A stretch of 64,000 nt of DNA from Candidatus Magasanikiibacteriota bacterium (GTDB taxonomy: Bacteria; Patescibacteriota; Patescibacteriia; Magasanikbacterales; UBA922). Below, one piece after another: positions 59,164 through 64,000 of the stretch; within the stretch, counting starts at the first letter, position 1; every line of letters begins with the position of its first letter. The notes under the pieces are model-generated. The model saw only the letters and a program-made list of their open reading frames with translations. It made no database searches and was not told the DNA's origin. Made by a program: the position numbers and the translations under genes. The stretch covers positions 751-64,750 of the forward strand of contig JBPOIO010000004.1 of assembly GCA_052034405.1 (NCBI GenBank). The letters are read 5' to 3'.

Positions 59164-61989
59164 ATGAAGTCAATCAAAATTACGAATGCACGGGTACATA
59201 ATCTCAAAAACATTTCACTTGAAATTCCAAAAAACACACTCAGCGTGATTACCGGTTTATCGGGATCAGGAAAATCTTCACTTGCCTTTGATACCATTTA
59301 TGCCGAAGGCCAACGCCGTTATGCAGAAAGTCTTAGTGCCTATGCACGCCAATTTATGGATGTGCAAGACAAACCTGATGTTGATGAAATAAAAGGTCTT
59401 TCCCCAACTATTGCCATTGATCAAAAAAATATTTCCCAAAATCCTCGTTCTACGGTAGGAACCACAACAGAAATTTATGATTATCTGCGTCTTTTGTTTT
59501 CTCGCATAGGTATACAGTATGATCCAGATAGCAATACTCCTATACTCAAATATACCAAGGGTGAAATTATCGAAATTTTGCGCAAAGTAACACGAAATAA
59601 AACGCTATCGCTCCTCTGTCCACTCGGAGAACAAACAGGTGCCAATGCAAAAAACATGATCCTCGGGCTTGATGCAACACACTGTGAATTTATCCGTATC
59701 AACGGAAACAAAATAAAACTTGCAGAAGCAAAAAAATTTGTCTTCAATGCCGTGAGTAGCTATGAAATTGATGTTCTTTTGGGCAGACTTGAAGGAGATA
59801 ACAAGAAAAAAATTCCAATGCTCGTAGAAAAAGGACTGGACCTCAGTAATGGTACAGTACTCACTATCGATGAAGACAGTGGTGAGGAAGAATTTTATCG
59901 CACCTTCCCCTACTCTTCTGAAAGTAAAAAACATTTCGATCCAGTTGAACCCAGAACCTTTAGTTTCAATAGTCCATATGGTGCATGTCATCGTTGTACT
60001 GGACTTGGATTCACCCTTGATGTTGATCCAGAACTTGTGATTCCAAATCCACGCCTTACACTTGCAGAAGGTGCTATTCAACCATGGACTCGTATTGTTG
60101 GCAACCAATCATTTTACCAAAAACTTCTTGGTGAAGTTGCTACTGCACATGGATTTTCCGAACACACTCCAGTCCAAGAGCTTCCCGACAGTGCACTTCA
60201 AATTTTGCTCTATGGTACAGGACGAAAAAGCTATGCTATTGATAATAAAACAGTAACATTTGACGGAGTTATTCCAAATTTGCTAGGTCGATACATGGAA
60301 ACAGACTCAGAATATATCAAAAAAGAAATCCAAGAGTACATGCGAGAAAAACTCTGTCCAGTATGTCTTGGAAAACGTTTGAAACCCGAATCACTCGCTG
60401 TAAAAATTGGAAACTACTCTATTGGAGATTTGGTAGAAAAAAGTATTGAAGACGCACTCATATTTTTTGAAGGAGAACGAAAATCTGGGAGTCCACTTCT
60501 TGAAGTTATCAAAAAAGAACAACTTGTTATTGCAGAACCGATCATCCGTGAAATTGTAGGACGCCTCAAAAATTTGATTGAAGTAGGACTTCCCTACCTC
60601 ACACTCGACCGATCTGTCACTACAATTTCTGGAGGAGAAGCACAACGTATCCGTCTTTCAACACAACTCTCTACTGGCCTTACGGATGTCATTTATGTGC
60701 TTGACGAACCTTCTATTGGACTGCATCCAAAAGATAATACAAAACTCATCCATACCTTGAAAACCTTGCGTGATCTTGGCAACACAGTGATTGTAGTAGA
60801 GCACGACGAAGCAATGATTGAAGCAGCGGACTTTGTTGTCGATATTGGGCCAGGCGCTGGAACCTATGGAGGTGAAATTATGGCTATGGGAACACCAGAT
60901 GCTATCAAAAAAAGCAAACATTCTTTGACTGGGGCGTATATTTCTGGAAAAGAACGTATCGAAGTACCAAAAAAATTCCGAACAGGTACTGGCAAAAAAA
61001 TTCAAATTATTGGAGCAAATGCCAATAACCTCAAAAATGTTTCTATTTCTATTCCACTTGGAACTTTTGTTTCTATTACGGGTGTATCTGGTTCTGGAAA
61101 ATCCAGTCTTATTATTGATATCTTGAGTAAATCACTCAGCAAACATTTTTATCGCGCCAAAGAAGAACCAGGAGACCACAAAGAAATCAAAGGTATTGAA
61201 CATATTGATAAAGTTATTAGTATTGATCAAACTCCAATCGGACGTACTCCTCGTAGTAACCCTGCAACTTATACCAATGTATTCACTGCTATTCGTGATT
61301 TGTTTACCGCACAACCCGAAGCAAAAATGCGTGGATTCAATGCTGGTATGTTTAGTTTCAACGTCAAAGGCGGCGGACGATGTGAATCATGCAGTGGTGA
61401 AGGATACCGACGTATTCCAATGCAATTTTTGGCAGATGTATTTGTAGAATGCAATGACTGTCATGGCGCACGCTACAACAAAGAAGCCCTTGAAATTCAC
61501 TATCGTGGAAAAAATATTGCCGATGTTTTGTCTCTCACGGTTGAAGATGCCTATGTATTTTTTCGTGACGTTTCTGCAATCAGTGAAAAACTCAATGTTT
61601 TGCGCGATGTGGGTCTTGGATATTTACACCTTGGACAACCAGCAACACAACTCTCTGGAGGTGAAGCACAGCGCATCAAACTTGCAACCGAACTCTCTCG
61701 AAGATCCACAGGAAAAACCCTCTATATTCTGGATGAACCTACGACAGGACTTCATTTTGAAGATATCAAACGCTTGCTGCATGTTTTGTCACAGCTCGTA
61801 GACAAAGGCAATACAGTTATTACCATTGAACACAACCTTGATGTTATCAAATGTTCAGACTGGGTGATTGATCTTGGACCAGAAGGTGGAAGCAAAGGTG
61901 GAGAACTTGTAGCCGAAGGAAATCCTCGTGAAATTATAAAATCAACAAGAAGCTTTACCGGAAAATACCTCAAAGAACTTCTCAAATAA
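59164..61989 (+). CDS. uvrA: excinuclease ABC subunit A
   Basis: [15 protein letters not shown], Zn fingers, SGGEAQRI twice, LDEP twice. Confidence 0.97.
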   Translation: MKSIKITNARVHNLKNISLEIPKNTLSVITGLSGSGKSSLAFDTIYAEGQRRYAESLSAYARQFMDVQDKPDVDEIKGLSPTIAIDQKNISQNPRSTVGTTTEIYDYLRLLFSRIGIQYDPDSNTPILKYTKGEIIEILRKVTRNKTLSLLCPLGEQTGANAKNMILGLDATHCEFIRINGNKIKLAEAKKFVFNAVSSYEIDVLLGRLEGDNKKKIPMLVEKGLDLSNGTVLTIDEDSGEEEFYRTFPYSSESKKHFDPVEPRTFSFNSPYGACHRCTGLGFTLDVDPELVIPNPRLTLAEGAIQPWTRIVGNQSFYQKLLGEVATAHGFSEHTPVQELPDSALQILLYGTGRKSYAIDNKTVTFDGVIPNLLGRYMETDSEYIKKEIQEYMREKLCPVCLGKRLKPESLAVKIGNYSIGDLVEKSIEDALIFFEGERKSGSPLLEVIKKEQLVIAEPIIREIVGRLKNLIEVGLPYLTLDRSVTTISGGEAQRIRLSTQLSTGLTDVIYVLDEPSIGLHPKDNTKLIHTLKTLRDLGNTVIVVEHDEAMIEAADFVVDIGPGAGTYGGEIMAMGTPDAIKKSKHSLTGAYISGKERIEVPKKFRTGTGKKIQIIGANANNLKNVSISIPLGTFVSITGVSGSGKSSLIIDILSKSLSKHFYRAKEEPGDHKEIKGIEHIDKVISIDQTPIGRTPRSNPATYTNVFTAIRDLFTAQPEAKMRGFNAGMFSFNVKGGGRCESCSGEGYRRIPMQFLADVFVECNDCHGARYNKEALEIHYRGKNIADVLSLTVEDAYVFFRDVSAISEKLNVLRDVGLGYLHLGQPATQLSGGEAQRIKLATELSRRSTGKTLYILDEPTTGLHFEDIKRLLHVLSQLVDKGNTVITIEHNLDVIKCSDWVIDLGPEGGSKGGELVAEGNPREIIKSTRSFTGKYLKELLK

Positions 61990-62005
61990 AAAGATTTTTA
62001 AAGAA

Positions 62006-62038
62006 TAAAAAAACCGATCGCTTTATGCGGTCGGTTTT
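62006..62038. terminator. bidirectional terminator
   Basis: AAAACCGATCGC-TTTAT-GCGGTCGGTTTT. Confidence 0.75.
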
Positions 62039-62051
62039 AACTATACAATAT

Positions 62052-62402
62052 TTAGGCAGCAACTTTTGCTTTTCGTTCTTTCTTTACTTCTTTCAATTTC
62101 TTTTTACTGGTACGAAGATTATAAGCTTTTGCTTTGTTTACTTTCAAAGTACGTACCAATTCAACATCTGCAACAACAGGAGAATGCATTGGGTAGATTC
62201 TTTCTACTCCAACTCCGTCACTAACTTTACGAACTGTAAATGTAGCACCTGCTTGACTGCCATGCTTTACCGCAATAACAGTTCCTTCAAGGAGCTGAAT
62301 ACGCTCTTTTTCTTGGCCTTTGGTATCAGTTTCTTTGATTTTCTGGTGAACTTTTACGATCATTCCAGGCTTCAAGTTGAAACGAATATGGTTGGTATCC
62401 AT
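62052..62402 (-). CDS. rplS: 50S ribosomal protein L19
   Basis: KPGMIVKVHQKI.E, ERIQ..EG.VIA, TFTVRKVS.GVGVERIYP.HSP. Confidence 0.95.
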   Translation of the reverse strand: MDTNHIRFNLKPGMIVKVHQKIKETDTKGQEKERIQLLEGTVIAVKHGSQAGATFTVRKVSDGVGVERIYPMHSPVVADVELVRTLKVNKAKAYNLRTSKKKLKEVKKERKAKVAA

Positions 62403-62471
62403 ACAAAATAGATAAAAGTGAGAGGTTGGAATAAGGACTACCAACGTCAAAGTCATTAAAAGACTGGGCCT

Positions 62472-62500
62472 ACTATACTATAAATTATCACTCCTGTCAA
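62472..62500 (-). promoter_or_regulatory. sigma70 promoter of rplS
   Basis: TTGACA-17 bp-TATAGT on the minus strand. Confidence 0.7.
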
Positions 62501-62503
62501 GCC

Positions 62504-64000
62504 TTATAATTCGTCAATACTTTTGAGAAAACTGGTCATTTTTGGCCTTGTTTTACTTGAAAAAGGCTCGTCTTCATCCGCCACATAGGTAATCCCCTCA
62601 TCTTCATCATTGAGATCTTGAAAATAGCTATTGCCAGCAGCCCCACTCATTTCGACCAAATTTTTGTCTATTTCTTCAAGAAACATACTCGGACCCCCCA
62701 AGGCTCCAAAGTTCATATTGGATACAAGTGGATAAGACATATGCAAATGGGTTTTTGCCCGAGTAATTGCCACATAAAAAAGCCGACGTTCTTCTTCGAG
62801 CCCCTTTTCCTCATTGAGGGCCCGATCACTTGGAAACTGCCCAGCACTCACATTGAGAATAAAGACTGTTTCCCACTCAAGACCTTTGGCCTGATGGATC
62901 GTTGAAAGTACAATTTTTTCTTCGTTTGAATTCTGGCTTTCAGATTCTTGGGGCCGCGCAAAATTTTCTTGAAGACCCGCTTCGGCAAGAAATTTGCCAA
63001 GATCACTTTCTTTTTCGGCAAAAATTGCTAGTTGTTCAATATCATTTGTTCGTTCACGATAATCAGTATATTCACTTTCCAAATAACTTTTATAATTTGA
63101 ATCCATTACTGCACGAATAAGTCCGCTTGGACTTCCATCACTTCCTTCAAGGTTTCTCCAAATATTCAAAAAATCTTTAAAACCAACTTTTGCCCGCGCA
63201 GCAAGAATTTCACTTATGCCCGATAAATCTTTTGACCCAGCACTGCGTATTTCTGCTATAATTTTTTCTGCTGCTCCAGGACCAACACCATTTTGCATTG
63301 TGAGAATACGACCCCAGGCAACAGTATCTTCAAGATTATTGTAAGCACGCAAAAATCCCAAAACATCTTTGATGTGGGCTCTTTCAAAAAATCGAGTACC
63401 TCCACGATAGTCATAGGCAATATGACGTTTGGTCAGTTCGACTTCAAGTGCTTGTGAATGATGCGAGGCACGAAACAGCACCGCAATTTCTCGAGGAGAA
63501 ATGCCCTTGTGTATATAACCCAAAATATTTTGGGCAACGCTTTCGGCTTCTTCACGTTGGTCTGCATAAACCTGAACTTCTGGACGTGCCTCGGAATTTC
63601 GGATACTCTGCAGTTCTTTTTTATACTGATTGATATTATTTCCAATCACCTCGTTAGCCAGATCCAAAATTTCTGGTGTTGAACGATAATTTGTTTCAAG
63701 ACGAAATACTTGTGAGTCAATAAATCTTTTTTCAAAGTCCAAAATATTTGCGATATTGGCAGCACGAAAACTATAAATACTTTGTGCATCATCCCCCACT
63801 ACCAATAAATTTTTGTGAATACTCGCAAAAAGATCAATAATACTCGCTTGAATTTTATTGGTATCCTGGTATTCATCCACCAGTACATATTGAAACTGCG
63901 TTGCAAATTTTTTTCGTACAGCTTCACTGTTTTGCAAAAGATTTCGAAGATTCAAAAGCAAATCATCAAAATCCATGGCATTGGCATTTTTCTTTTTTTT
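62504..64000 (-). CDS. UvrD/PcrA/Rep family helicase, 5'-partial
   Basis: VDEYQDTN, VVGDDAQSIYSFR, LETNYRS, STIHQAKGLEW, EERRLFYVAITRA. Confidence 0.93.
   Translation of the reverse strand, partial: KKKKNANAMDFDDLLLNLRNLLQNSEAVRKKFATQFQYVLVDEYQDTNKIQASIIDLFASIHKNLLVVGDDAQSIYSFRAANIANILDFEKRFIDSQVFRLETNYRSTPEILDLANEVIGNNINQYKKELQSIRNSEARPEVQVYADQREEAESVAQNILGYIHKGISPREIAVLFRASHHSQALEVELTKRHIAYDYRGGTRFFERAHIKDVLGFLRAYNNLEDTVAWGRILTMQNGVGPGAAEKIIAEIRSAGSKDLSGISEILAARAKVGFKDFLNIWRNLEGSDGSPSGLIRAVMDSNYKSYLESEYTDYRERTNDIEQLAIFAEKESDLGKFLAEAGLQENFARPQESESQNSNEEKIVLSTIHQAKGLEWETVFILNVSAGQFPSDRALNEEKGLEEERRLFYVAITRAKTHLHMSYPLVSNMNFGALGGPSMFLEEIDKNLVEMSGAAGNSYFQDLNDEDEGITYVADEDEPFSSKTRPKMTSFLKSIDEL

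Overview
AT-rich bacterial chromosome segment that looks like a Patescibacteria/CPR genome. This is an inference from the housekeeping gene set (clpC, radA, recG, der, pth, dprA, topA, gltX, clpB, recO, eno, trpS, pnp, rpsO, uvrA, rplS), the CPR-type pilin fusions, a tRNA-Arg(GCG) and the scarcity of Shine-Dalgarno motifs. A ~14.3 kb GC-rich integrative element (13180-27532) is inserted at the 3' end of tRNA-Arg(GCG), bounded by a GTGCACAC direct repeat. It carries two large serine recombinases, a ParB / VirD4-like / Zn-ribbon / replication-relaxation mobilisation module and a DUF6602-like nuclease. The main candidate for an undescribed system is its tightly coupled five-gene operon (20298-25217): protein-kinase-fold enzyme, NDP-kinase-like protein, PD-(D/E)XK nuclease, cytidylate-kinase fused to a Mom-like GNAT domain, and HAM1/ITPase-like protein. 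This looks like a modified-nucleotide or DNA-modification defence system. Other notable structure: the att site lies inside the integrase gene, so excision would swap its C-terminal tail; a second, relic att site at 25261-25297; three copies of a 16-bp palindrome; a symmetric CIRCE variant before clpB; an orphan lipoprotein gene bracketed by 24-bp inverted repeats; and two DsbA + pilin-fusion gene pairs. All calls come from reading motifs by eye; no searches were run, and GC statements are visual estimates.
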